Shown: one piece after another, positions 12,999 to 32,479 of the stretch | Position numbering within the stretch: position 1 is the first letter of the stretch | How the letters are laid out: each line of letters opens with the position of its first letter | Assembly: GCA_964252035.1 (NCBI GenBank) | Contig: OZ176212.1 | Direction: 5' to 3' (one strand) | Origin: Podarcis erhardii | Taxonomy: Eukaryota | Length of the DNA: 64,000 nucleotides | Notes under the pieces: model-generated | Told to the model about the DNA's origin: nothing | Databases searched by the model: none | What the model saw: only the letters and a program-made list of their open reading frames with translations | Program-made: the position numbers and the translations under genes

Positions 12999-13865
12999 AG
13001 AAATATAGATTAATAAAAAATGAAAACCAAAAACACATCATTCCTAACAAAACAGTTGATCCAAGCTAGGAACACCCAGAGGCCTTGATCCAGAGATGCA
13101 AAGGCATTCTCTCAGGATTCCCAGCCGCCCACCTGTGCTTAAACAGGTGGACACATCCCCATTGCCCAGCCTATTGCTACATCGTCTCTTCTGCCACATC
13201 ATCCCCTGTGCCATAACAAAAACCTGCTCCTGCTGATTCTTTCACACAGTCCCTTTTTTCTTTCTCCTTCCCATCCAACAGGCACGTCGGTTCTGCATTC
13301 CTATTTGGTTTGATGGCGACGGCCACTCCAGAAAAGGCAACTAGGTCCTCACTTGGCTAGGCCCATCCCTTGCTGGCCTAAGTCTCTCACAGAAGGCACA
13401 ACATCGCTGGGCGCTCCTCCCATGCGCGGCACTGGTGGTCTGACTGGGTGCAGGAGGAAGAGTGCAGAGGACGGGCAACTCTGGGGCACCACAAACATTC
13501 TTCCCCTTCCACTCGCGAGCCAAGCAAAAGGGGACTCGTGCGGTGCCAGAGCAGGCAGCATGCTGGCTGGGCCAGGTGGCACAGATAGGCACCCAGGCAC
13601 TATTTTCAAAGCAGCAAAGCTTGTGGCTTCAGAGACTGATCAAGGGAGGAGGAGGAGGCAACAGGCACAGAAGGCCGGTTTGATGGGGAAGTAGAGAATA
13701 AACAGCACCACAGGAGAAACTTGGAGTGGTATTGGTGACTTTGGTAGAGGTTTTTTTTAAAAAAATAACAACAACACCACCAGCAACCTCTTTTGCTGGT
13801 TAAACAGAGGAAGTGGTCTTGGGCTCCTCTGGGTGCTGCCCTTTCCTCTAGCCTCTGCTCAGATC

Positions 13866-21213
<7,348 letters not shown>

Positions 21214-22160
21214 GGCCTGTCTCAGAAGGGAGACACCCCACCCCTTCCTGGCATCAGGAAGGTGGCCGCCCCAGAACAGCCCATAGGGTCTTCATTCCTC
21301 ACTTCTCTGCTTCAGAAAAGGAAAAAAACCAGAATTAAAATGACTGCATTCCCATGGTCGCCAGATATAGTTCTGCCTTTTAAAGTCAAATGCTACTTTA
21401 ATCCGGATTAACCTGGAATGCGTAACACCACACCCAGATTGTCAAAACCTTCTGCACGGATGGCAAATCACAATTCTCTTTACTAGCTGGAGAAAAGTTC
21501 ACATTTACTACTGAACTAAGTAAAGGATGGTTAAGAGGGCACTCCTGTTCTTGTCTACTCAGAAGTAGACCTCTCCCCCCTGGGTTCAATAGGACTTCCT
21601 CCCAGCTAAGCGTGTGTAAGCATTGAACCCTATGTGGGTCAGGGGAGTACACAGCCTGACTAAAAACCTCTTAGCAATGCCACCCCCTCCTTTCTGAAGG
21701 ACCAGCAGGCTCAAACATGCATCCCTCCAATGATACTGAACAAGACACAGAGGCCAGCATGAGAGCTTATTAGGTTTCCCCTCAGAGAAGGTAATTATAA
21801 ATCATTAGGAGCCATGCAAATAGCACCTTAGCAACAACTAAAAAAAGCCCTTCCTTCACAGAGATTCTCTAGGGCTACAAGGCTAGAAGCTCAGGTAGGA
21901 AGGGAAAACTTCTCAGTGGGAGACAATGTGTTGCTTCTGCAGATCCCTCCACCCAGGGAAATGGGCAAAACCAAGCAGGCACTTGCCAAATGGGGGACAG
22001 CAAATTAAAGGTGGGGGCTAGAAACAGAAGCACCACAAAGGTATGTACTACAGCAAGCAAGGCAGAAGGAAATCCAAGCTAGAAAACACACTCCACGGCT
22101 TTTAAAAGGGCTCAACAGGAAGGGGGAACCTGTTGCCCTGCACTGGTGTTGGTCTACAGT

Positions 22161-22291
22161 ACATAGACTTGTAACTGGAAGGGACCACAGGCATCATCTA
22201 GTCTAACCTCCAGTGATGGAGGAATCTTTTTGCCAAACGTGGGGCTCAAACCCACAACCCTGAGATTAAGAGTCTCCTACTCTACCAACTG
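22161..22291 (-). mobile_element. SINE with tRNA-Lys(CTT)-derived head and CR1-like tail
   Basis: The minus strand reads cagttggtagagtaggagactcttaatctcagggttgtgggtttgagccccacgtttggc (5'-truncated tRNA-Lys-CTT), then aaaaagattcc...ggttagactagatgatgcc...tcccttccagttacaagtctatg (CR1 3' tail). Confidence 0.75.
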
Positions 22292-24529
22292 CCCTTGCTG
22301 GCAAGAGCTAATGGCAGTTGGGAGTCCAACATCATGTTCAGGGACATGGGTTGCCCAACTCTGCAACACAGATACACACTAAAGGCAGACCAACGTTTTA
22401 GTGGATTTACATTTCCGCACATGACAGGAGCCTTGCTCAGACATTTGTCTTGTCTGTGACCTTCCTCACATTTTACATCTCATTAGGGATTATTCTCAAA
22501 AGTTACCCCTGGCAAGAAGAGGTCCAGCAAGACTGTGGGAGGAAGGGTAGGAAATGCCGAGTAATGCCGGGTGATAAAACTCAAGCCAACAAAAGCGTCC
22601 CAAGTCATGGCAAGATGAAACAAATAAGAGGCAAGCAGCCAAGTGAGCAGAGGGTAGGTGATTTTGCTGGGGCTACTGCCAGTGGCAATATTAGGCTGTT
22701 TCAGACCATATTTTCTCAGTAGAGTCCTGGACTAACCAGCCTGGAACAGCTGCTCCTTTCAGCAAAGACACTGTGATCTCTGCCATCCAAATATTTTCCT
22801 CCCAGGAGTTGGTATTTTAATATTTAATAGGTATTAGCAGCATTTATGGGGGTTTTAAAAATCTACTTATCCAATTTCCTGTTTTGCAGCATAATTATTC
22901 CCTGGGTCTCCTTAACTATGGAAGAAGATTGGTGGGGGTGATGCCACTGCCAAAGATGGCAGGCAAAGATGGGAGTTCTGTCCCTTGGACATAGAGGTAC
23001 AGTGTAATCAACGATCCTCCTCAAAACTTGATCAGCAAAGATAACAAAAAGTGCCATGGCTCTGAACAAGAAAGAAAGCTACTTCACTATCAGAGAATGA
23101 GGGTAAAGGATACCTTAACTGAAAAAGAAACTATAGGTCCCAGCTTGGTTCCAAAAGCCTTAAAACTATCCAGAGAAGGACAAGACCTCCTGACTGAAAT
23201 TAATCAAAGCATAGCTAAAATGCATGAGGATTTGCTTCAAAATGGGATGCAAAAATAAAACCATTAGCGGCTAGCATTGTTGATCTGACAGCCTAAATGG
23301 CAGATACTGTACCTGCAAGTGAGGCCATGAATATCGGCATTGAACATCAAAGCAGCCTGGACTGACTTCAAAGAGAACGGAACATTTCCCCTCAAAAGGG
23401 GTTTTATTGGGGTTTCAGACAAGTAGAAAGGTTAAAAGTCAATAGTCTTCAGAAGGGTTTTGGGTTTGATGGGGAAAATTTACTAAGCATACATGGAACT
23501 GTAAAAACTGAGGGAGGAATGCTGAAATACTACTGTAATTTATAATTTTTCAAACATTTTTTATCATAGCAGATGGTAATTAAAATTATATTACTAACAT
23601 CACAGGGGTCTAGGCTCTCCAATGAAGGGTATTTGCAGAATTAAACCATAATAACCTGACTCTCTTTTTTGTATTACAGCAAATTCATTTAAAATAAATT
23701 AATTGCAATGTTTTTGCACCCAAAAAATGTTTTCATGGAAATTAAGCACTACTCTGTTACAAAACACATTAACTTGAAACAACTGACAAGAGGTATTAAA
23801 ACTATTTTGAACTAAATCATTCTGTTCCATCTAAAACATGGAAAAGGAACACAAATGTGAAGAATTGCCAGAGATTTTGTAAAATTTTACCAGGGAAGAG
23901 TAGAAGTAGAAATGTCAGAAACTGGAAAAATACTGTAACTACAATGCAATTTGTATGCCCAAAACAACTAGCAAAAATGGATATACCAAAAGAATAGTTT
24001 TATTTGAGCTTCTGTATACCCTGTTTGGTTTATTATTATCGATTATTTGTTTGCATTATAAAACATATATATTTGTATTGTGTATTATGTGAATTATGAA
24101 ATAATACGAGCATGGGGCATCCAAAAAGTATAAAACAATGCATCTACATAAGAATATGAATCATTGCCAAAATATAATATTGACTGTCCTTGACTCTTCC
24201 TGCCACACTTGTCATCCCCTCATGCCACACCCTTTGATAACCACACACACAAACGCATATTAAAAACCTACGGAAGTGGAGACATCATCCCATCTGCTCC
24301 TGCCTCTCACCATCCCTGGCGATGGACCCTTGGTGCATACAGAAGGTGAGCATGTGCGGCATGTGGAAAAAGGGAAACCATAACCCAGGGTTGCACCTGA
24401 CCCAATGATCCCTCCCAAAACTGGATTTCAGTGGCAACTCTAGGATGCTGGAGGAAAGGGGTCTGCCGTCTATTCAGGATCCCTTTCTCTCCCCTGCCCC
24501 CAAGTCCTGCTTCGCAGCCTAGGCTCACC

Positions 24530-25920
24530 CCACACACAGGTAAGCACGGGCACCGTCAGGCCCCTCTTTCTCTTGGGGGTCGCCTCCTAACTATCCCCAG
24601 CGCTTCAAGATCCGTCCCCTTTAGCTCTCCCGCCGATTCCTCCCTCACTGACCTAAAAGGGCCGGCTCCAGAGGAGGCGGCGGTGTGGGGAGGAAGAGCC
24701 TGCCTCCGATTACCTGTCGGCTCCTCATCCACCTCCACCCCCACCCTCCGCGCCCGGTGCCCGGCGCTCTGCCCTAGGCAGGATCAGCACCGCTCCCTGG
24801 CGGAAGGCAAGGCAAGGCGAGTAGAGGCGGAGGCTGCTCCTCTTTCCTCCGAGGGAGAGCGCCGGCACCAGGCAGAGAAAACGCCGGGCGGACAGTCCCT
24901 CCGCGCCCCCCTGACAGCCGGGTGAGGTGTGGGGCTGGACGGTGCCCACCTCCGACTCCTCAGCCGCTTCCTCCAGCTCCTTCCGCCCTTCTCCTCCCCA
25001 CCCCACAATAAACATCCAACTTCATGGGGGTCCCCCCGCCCCAAATATCTGCCCCCCACATGGTGGCCTTTTGCTCCTTCCACCCCCTCTCGATCCTCCC
25101 CACAAGTTGCCCCCTCCCCGCCTCCTCCTTCGCCCCGCAATCCGCCAGGCGCGCCCGACCCGACACCGGCCGGCCGGCCACCCCACCCGGCAGCGGCGCC
25201 CCCCTCGCCCGCCCCATCCAGGTCTCACCTCCGCCGCCTCCCTCCCTTCCTCGGGCTTCTCGCCTGCCTCAGGCAAACAAACTGATAAGCACCCGCATCT
25301 CAATTTGAAAAAAATAAAATAAATAAAACTACTCCGCACGCTCGACCCCGCCTTTACCGCCTCCTCTCTCCAACTCACCAGCTCGCCCTCTTCCTCCTCC
25401 CCTCGCCCTGCTCCAAGCAGCCGCTGGACAGTGCCCGAGCCCTCTCCACATGCAGCCCACCCAATGGCCATGCGTCTTGTTAATGGTCCCAACCAATAGG
25501 CGCGCGGTTTCTTTACCGGCGTCTGGTAGCTACAGCGCCGCCATCGCTGTTCAGGGCAACAACAAAAAAAGTTGGTCGTAGACTTTTTTTGAGTTTGTGT
25601 TGCAAAAGGAAGCGGTGCGACCGCCTTCTTCGCCAAAAGGTGTCTGCGCCGTTGAAGTCAGCAGGCCCGCCATCTCAAGAAAGGGCAGGGAATGAGAAGA
25701 AAATAGGAAGGAAAACGTACAGGGCGGTAGCCATTTTGGGTGAGGGCAGAGTCTGGTTGGCGCCGTTTAAGACGCCGCCATTTGAGGGGAAGACCAGAAA
25801 TTCAGGCTTTAAAGAAACCGTGTTTCCATTTTCCAGTTGGATGCGATGGAATAAAGATTAGTAGTTTCCTTGGTTCCTTCCTTTAGGGAGGTCGTTTCGT
25901 CATACACGCGGTTTTTGAGG
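24530..25920 (-). promoter_or_regulatory. CpG-island promoter and non-coding first exon(s) of PRR14
   Basis: CpG-rich. Four YY1-like (C)GCCAT(C/T) motifs at 25536-25783 and CCAAT boxes near 25461 and 25492. Minus-strand donors gag|gtgaga (25229/25228) and cag|gtaatc (24714/24713). Confidence 0.8.
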
Positions 25921-25939
25921 GAGATTAATCTGTATTAAG

Positions 25940-26012
25940 TTAGAATTATAGAATTATAGAGCTGGAAGGGACCCCCAAGGGTCATCCAGTCCAACCCCCT
26001 GCAATGCAGGAA
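25940..26012 (-). mobile_element. CR1 or CR1-tailed SINE 3' terminus
   Basis: tagaattatagaattatagagctggaagggacccccaagggtcatccagtccaaccccctgcaatgcaggaat, the reverse of the CR1 (ATTCTRTG)n-type end. Confidence 0.7.
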
Positions 26013-26069
26013 TAAGTTCGTTGTAAGGCAGTGCAAAACAGCACACACACATAAAGACTAGTTTAATAT

Positions 26070-26270
26070 GTTATTATTATTATTTATTATTTATTAAATT
26101 TCTATGCCACCCTTCATCTGAGGATCACGTGGTGGTTTACAACATAAAAACACAAAAATACATAACATAGTAACAAACAAAATAATACTGCCTCCAACAC
26201 ACACAGTTTAAAGGGCTATATATTGTTTAATTAGCCAAAGGCCTAGGAGAAGAGGAATATCCGCCTGGAG
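26070..26270 (-). mobile_element. L2-like 3' tail
   Basis: (TTA)n, then tttattaaatttctatgccacccttcatctgaggatcacgtggtggtttacaac...gccaaaggcctaggagaagagg. Confidence 0.5.
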
Positions 26271-26689
26271 GAAAAACATTTATGTTCATATTTTAAAAAA
26301 AATGTTGAGGTATGAAGTGCTCACCATCTTGCCAGTTCATTCCCTCCACACTCCTAGGCATGTCTGCTCAGAAGCAGGCTTCTGCATCAAAGGAGGCCTC
26401 CAAGACAGAATGATCTTAGCCAAGGAATCAGACCGACCAGGATCTATGCATATTCCCCCTCATCTCTCTCTGAAAGTAGTAGTGATGAGTAAAGGTGCAC
26501 TCCTTACCCCCATTTACCAGACGGAATTCACCTAGACCTATTTTTGAGTAGACATGGTAGGGATTGCCAGCTTAGCTTGGGTTAGAAACCTCAGGGGGAG
26601 GAAACTGATTTTCTAGATCCATTTCAACCTGGGTTTCAGCCAGGTTTCGGCACAGAAAGAAACTGCTTCCAACAGAAGCAGTTTCCAGG

Positions 26690-26970
26690 CCCCATTCAAA
26701 GTACTGGTTTTGACCTATAAAACCTTAAATGGCTCCTGACCACAATACCTCACGGACTGGCTCTCCCCATATGAACCACCCAGCAGCACCCTGCAATCAT
26801 CCTCCAAGGCCCTTCTGTGTGTGCCTCCTCCAGAAGAAGGTAGTAATATGAGAATGGGCCCTTTCTACAGTGGCTCTGTGTTTGTGGAGTGCCCTCCCCA
26901 AGGTGGTTCGAATGGCACCTTCATTATATACACCTTTAGGTGCCAGGCGAAGGCAACCAGGCCTTGCACT
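26690..26970 (+). mobile_element. L2-like LINE 3' coding fragment
   Basis: ttcaaagtactggttttgacctataaaaccttaaatggc (FKVLVLTYKTLNG)...gggccctttctacagtggctc, the L2 ORF2 C-terminus pattern. Confidence 0.6.
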
Positions 26971-27959
26971 GATTAATATCCTATACCCTTTGTTACCGGA
27001 AAAATTCGAGGGCTCCCTTGGACAAAATGTAAAGACACCAACCAGAGTAAATTGGAGCAAATCAGCAGCCTGTAGGCTTGGCCTTTATTGACTGTTGCAA
27101 CAGGGTGCTCCCCTCACTTGCAGGTGAGAGGAAAGACACAGAAAAATGGTGTGCAAGACCTTATAAAAACTTTTGAAATTCCCATCCTCTAGGTCAAGCC
27201 CACTCCCAGAAACATCATGCATACATTACAGAAAGGAGGGGTTGAGGGAGGAGTTGTGGTGGTAACCTGAGTGTCCTGCCACCTGGCTGGTTCCCCTCTC
27301 CTCCTCCCCATGAGTCATTTTCTGAAGACAAAAGGTAGTCGCAGTTTCCTGCCCTCTGAGGGAAGATCTGATCATTGTCCTTTGTTCCAGTCCATGCTAA
27401 ATCCATTCCCATATGCAAGTTCTTTGTGATCTTGATTGTCTTCTGTCTAGGACCATCAGGGTTGGCATAGCAACTGGGCAGGGCTCCTGTGGATGAGCTG
27501 GGATGGTGAAGGGATTATGGTGCCCTGTATCAAACCTTCCCCATTTTGTAGTCCTTCCTTCATGGAGTAAAATAAAAGTAGAACAGTGCAAATCCGATGC
27601 ACGGTTGATTTTCTATGAATTTATAACAGAAGCGTAGCGTATGTAGAGTGTGTGTGTGTGTGAAGTTTGTACAAACTGAATGATGGGGGGGGGTTCCCTG
27701 CTACACCTTTTAAATGTGTTTGTGGGGGGGGGGAGTTATTAGTTTGTGGTCTTCTTGTCGTTTTTGTAAAACATTTTATGCTTCATCTTCCATTTTTATG
27801 TTTTGAACCACCCTGAGATTAAAGGATGAAGGGCGGTATACAAATTTCATAACTAAATAAGAATAATGATATCCCTTAGCAAATCTCTGCCCTACACTTG
27901 CCCTTTTCTTGGTCGAAGCCTTGCCCGAATGAAGGTACCATTCATTTCCCCCATGTGAC

Positions 27960-28050
27960 CACTTCCCAGACGTTGTTGGACTGCAATTCCCATCATCCCT
28001 TGCCATTGGCTATGATGGCTGAAGCTGATGGGAGTTGGAGTCTATCAGCA
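27960..28050. mobile_element. hAT-type MITE fragment abutting the ZNF-A CpG island
   Basis: ggactgcaattcccatcatccc...gctgatgggagttggagtc...gcatctgg, homologous to 46757-46892. Confidence 0.6.
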
Positions 28051-28560
28051 TCTGGCGCGCACCGCGTTGGCTATACCGCTTTACCGGTTCTAAATGATAG
28101 CTGCCTCCGCCCTCCTTCATCTCTAGGATTCGCCCGTCCTCTGCTCTCAGGATCAATGGGTTTTATTTCTACCCAGACCTTTTCTTTTAAATTTCACCCG
28201 CTTGGGGAAACTACGCCTCCCAGGATGCCGCGCAGAGCCAGCCCTCTTCCTCACCGCGCCTCGCGCTGCCTCGGCTGCGTGGGAAAGTGCGCGGCAAGCG
28301 CGGCGCTCGTCCAGGCTGGCCCTCGCGCGCCTTGCGCCGCCCTCAGCCCGCTTGCTGCCCCTGCTATGGCGGCAGGGGCTCCCTCGGCTGTTCCTGCCCG
28401 CAGCCCCCCTCGGTGGCTCGGAGGCCCTGCTGACGGCTCCGTGTACCTCCTCCTGCCCGTCCCTGCTGGAAGTGCCCTGGTGCTAACACCAGGTGAGCAT
28501 GTGGGGGGTGTACGGACGGAGGGTTTGCTCGGAAACTGGGGCTCAACCTGACCCAGGGAT
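28040..28560 (+). promoter_or_regulatory. CpG-island promoter/exon 1 of ZNF-A, divergent from PRR14
   Basis: CpG-rich block containing ATGGCGGC and the donor ccag|gtgagc at 28492/28493. Confidence 0.75.
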
Positions 28561-30246
28561 CTGCCCTAGAATAGCATTTTTAGCCAGGTCTAAAGTCTGG
28601 ATCTTGAAATGTCTGCCTATGTGTTAGAAAGTGGGAGATGGACTCGTGTTTGTTTGTTTCTGTGCGTGCAAGGGATAGATGAAACTGCAGCAGTAGGTTT
28701 CCTGAGTAACACTGCAAGCCTAACCCCATTTACCCGAAAGTAAGCACCACTGAATTCCATAGGCCTTAATTCTGGGTAGGCATGGTTAGGAGACTACGTA
28801 CTGCAAACCCCACGAAAACCCTTAACACTGTTTTTCTCTTCATATGGATGCAGCCTACATATTTCTTAACCCAGGAGCTTCTTGGTTCTTGTGGTAGATA
28901 TTACACTGTCTTCCTGTGCATTTTTTCTTCCCAAGGTGTTTTTCAGAGGGATTCCTCATCTTGCAGCGCTTAACCCAGGGATGGGGAAACCTGTGTCCCG
29001 CCAGATGTTATTGGACTCCGATCAGCCCAGCCAACATGGCCAATGGTCAAGGATAGTGGATGTTGTGGTCCAGTAGCATCTGGCGGGCCAAAAGCTTCTC
29101 CATTCCTGCCTTATTCTGCCTCACACTACCTAAGAGTCAGAGAAGAGTCTGTGCACAAGCAGAACCACGGTGAAGAGTGGGTGCAAAATTGTGCCCGGGT
29201 TGACACCTGCCCCCCCCCGCCCAATCCGGCCACTGAATGTGTGTGGATTAGGTTCTGTTTCAAAACCAAGTGTTTAATTTGGTGATCAAGCCTCTTTTCT
29301 GTCTGCAGCAGATGGAGCAAATTCTGCCTGGATTCTGTCTCTCCCTGCAGAGAGCAAGAACAAAGTGGAAAACCCACAGGAAGATGGTGCACAGCCACGT
29401 CGCATTTCCTCAAGTAGCTCCAGCGGGAGTGGAAATAAGGTGCTACAGAAAGGAGGCTCTGCGAAAGACCAACCGACTTTTTGTAAAGGGGACTTGAAGG
29501 ACCCTATGTGGGCCTTGTGTGGCAAAACAAAATCCTACAAATGCCCCGACTGCGGGAAAAATTACCGCAGGAGCACAGACCTCTTGAGGCACCAGAGGAC
29601 CCACACGGGAGAAAGGCCTTATCTGTGCCTGGACTGTGGGAAGAGCTTCAGTCGGAGTTCAATCCTCCTGGAGCACCAGAGAATCCATACAGGTGAGAAG
29701 CCATACAAATGCAGCCACTGCGGGCAAGGATTTAGCCAGAGCTCCAACTGTAAGCAGCATGAGAGGACTCATGGGAAGGAGAAAAGGAGCGACCCAATAC
29801 ACTGGGGATCAACTTGGCAAAGGACAGAGGTTCAGAGGCGTGGGCCTAAAAGCCTGAAAAGAATTGATGAAGGTGCAAGAGCTGAGCTTGGACTTGGATC
29901 TCAGTCTCCAGGGGGAAGTTCCTCATGGAGCTCAAAGATGGTGATGAAGTATCAGAAAAACCATAGGATGGAGAAGCCCTACAGGTGCCCTGAGTGTGGG
30001 AAATGCTTTGCACGCAGCACAGATTTCATCCGGCACCACATTACCCACACAGGAGAAAAGCCCTACACGTGTGTGAAATGTGGCAAGAGTTTTACGCGCA
30101 GCTCGGTCCTCATTGAGCACCAGCGAATCCACACGGGAGAGAGGCCCTACAAGTGTCGGCTGTGCGGAAAGGGCTTCAGTCAGAACTCTAACCGTAACCA
30201 GCACGAGACAATCCATCAGGCTAAGAAATCTCCTGACACTTCCTGA
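28366..30246 (+). CDS. C2H2 zinc-finger protein ZNF-A, about 354 aa, 6 fingers (3+3). Exons 28366..28492 and 29309..30246
   Basis: Six CxxC..HxxxH fingers with TGE(R/K)P linkers in ORF 29365..30246. A phase-1 exon from ATG 28366 joins in frame through the acceptor ttttctgtctgcag|cag. No KRAB or SCAN domain seen. Confidence 0.88.
28976..29108. mobile_element. hAT-type MITE in the ZNF-A intron
   Basis: Ends cagggatggggaaac...gcttctccattcctg form an imperfect TIR, with internal homology to the other copies. Confidence 0.6.
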
Positions 30247-32257
30247 GTGGCAATGGAACTTGTTACTGGGGTGTGGGACTCACTAGAATCCACTTTGCTG
30301 GGTAGAGGGCCTGAAGCGCAAGTCCAAGCGGGTGCAGATGTCCCAAGGCAAATTTGAAGCTACTGTTAGAATCCAAATGGAAAGTCCAAGGCTGCAAGTT
30401 TATGCCCACTTACTTGGGGGGAAGCCCCACTGAATTAAATGGGACTTACTTATGAGTAGACATGGGTATGATTGCAGCACTCAAGTGGTATAGGGGCTTA
30501 TTTTTATATGAAGTGATTTGCTGCAGAAATCATGAGGAAAACACATGTATCTATGAAAAACCTTATTATTGACACTGAGAGGAAATAAATTAATTTTGTT
30601 ACAAATTATAATATTCTTGTTAATTGTTCTGTGCACCCCAAATGTAAATTCCACTATGTTCAGTGGAATGAGTGCCAGATTTAGGGTGGTACAGGTGGGT
30701 CCCACACAGGGTGCCAAGCCAAGGGGGAGAAAAATTGAGAATATCCATAACTGAGAAGAATCATTTGGGGGTACCAAATTTTGGGGGTGGCCATATTACA
30801 AAGATTACCAAAATCCACCTCTGTGGAACTTACTTCTTCCATTCAGAAGTAAGTTACACCAGGTAAGTGGGCACAGGAGAGCTGCTTGTTAGAAAACCAT
30901 TATAATTTAAATAAAAGAAAGAATACGGAAAAGGAAATAGTACCAGCAGGTGATCTTTTTCTTTCCCATATAGTGATCATTACTAATGACTGCTGGTACT
31001 TAACTCTGTTCTAAAAGATACTGAGAGTGTACAGCCTGATCATATTTCATACAATCTACAGAAAACTGCAAGAAAGTAGCTTGGGTTTCATCACTTCATG
31101 GTGGTTGTTTTTAGATTAGAGTAGTAGAAACATTTGCTTGATTAGTTTGGACAAAACTTGTCTTGCCTTATACCATTTCCTGGCCAAACACACAATCACT
31201 GCAGCATTTTATTTTATTTTCCCATCAGTGAATTTGTTCTATTTGTCTTGCTATTTTTTTTCTTTTTTCTTTTTAACAAAAGCTAAATCTGCTTATCCCA
31301 TGGTCCTGAAAATAAAAGTGCCTTTGAGGATGTGCATGCCACCCCAATCTCTGGGCAGTGTGAAATTACAGGGGTTCCAGGCGTTTCCTTCGGGAATGAG
31401 GCACAGTGGGGACTGTGGTGTCTTTATGACATATGGTTTATTTACACATATATACAACCTGAGCCTATGATGGAGGGGTGCACAGCAGTAAAGCCCCAAG
31501 GAGGTCCTGCTTCTCCCACAGCCCACAGCCTTGGATTCCAGCATAAATCAGGCCTGGCTCTCGCTCTCTCTGCCCTTGCAGCCTGTAGTTTTTGCCTGCA
31601 GCTTCTAGCTCATATCCCTCAACTCTCAACTCTGGCCTTTTGTATTTCTAAGGAACAGACAGTTGAGGGAGGCAGGCCCACAATTTTTAGCGGGCCATCA
31701 CCAGGCTGGCCTGGCTATTCCATGCTGGGTCCAGGCATTAGGAGGAGGTCCAAGCATTCAGACCACCCCCTCCCTCTCCTACCAAACTCCTAACACTACA
31801 AATATGAGGGTCACATCTGTTGCTCTCCCCACTTTTACCTCTTGCTGTGCCTACTTTTTGCCTCTGGCCCTGCCCATCATTGATATGTCGCCCCTACAAG
31901 GTTGCCCATGAAGTAATGCCATCAGTCCTCAGATTCATGGAAGTTCCCCACCCTGGTCTAGGTGGGGATAGGTTCAGATCCCCACCCTCATATGAAGCTG
32001 ACTGGGTTACCCTGAGTCAGTCACTCAGCCTATTCCAACAACTCATAGGGCTGGTGAAGGATAAAATGGGCAGGGGGGTGGGGAGAATCTTCTATGGGTC
32101 CGGCCATTCCTGCATCCTCTCCTGCTAAGAGTTCCAGCTTCTATCACACACGGTAGTTGCCGCCAACCCCTTTTCTGACGACAGGCTTTTGTGCCATTTT
32201 AACAGCAGCACAACAGGCAGAAATCCAGCAGATGCTATTTTACCTCTTACTTCAGCC

Positions 32258-32288
<31 letters not shown>
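32258..32288. repeat. (TAT)n microsatellite
   Basis: About 10 TAT units read directly. Confidence 0.9.
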
Positions 32289-32479
32289 TGGGGGAATACA
32301 CACAATTTCTGTTGTTGAAGAGGGCTGTGTGTCATACACCTTGCCCCCCAAGCCCCTTTGTGACTACCCTGCTGATCTCCCTCCGGGCAGTGGAGTGTCC
32401 CGCTGTCCTTGCCCTCAGGCAGCGAAATGTCTTGGGCCGACCTTTGCTCCCAGGCATGTTCCCATGCACCACTCCCGTG

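Noticed and set aside
22225-22291. tRNA-Lys(CTT) gene
   Set aside because: It lacks the 5' acceptor-stem segment, has stem mismatches and runs into a CR1 tail, so it is a SINE head and not a functional tRNA.
22860-24150. Possible L1 ORF1/3' remnants in PRR14 intron 1
   Set aside because: AT-rich and suggestive, but I could not identify a diagnostic motif or TSD. It needs RepeatMasker.
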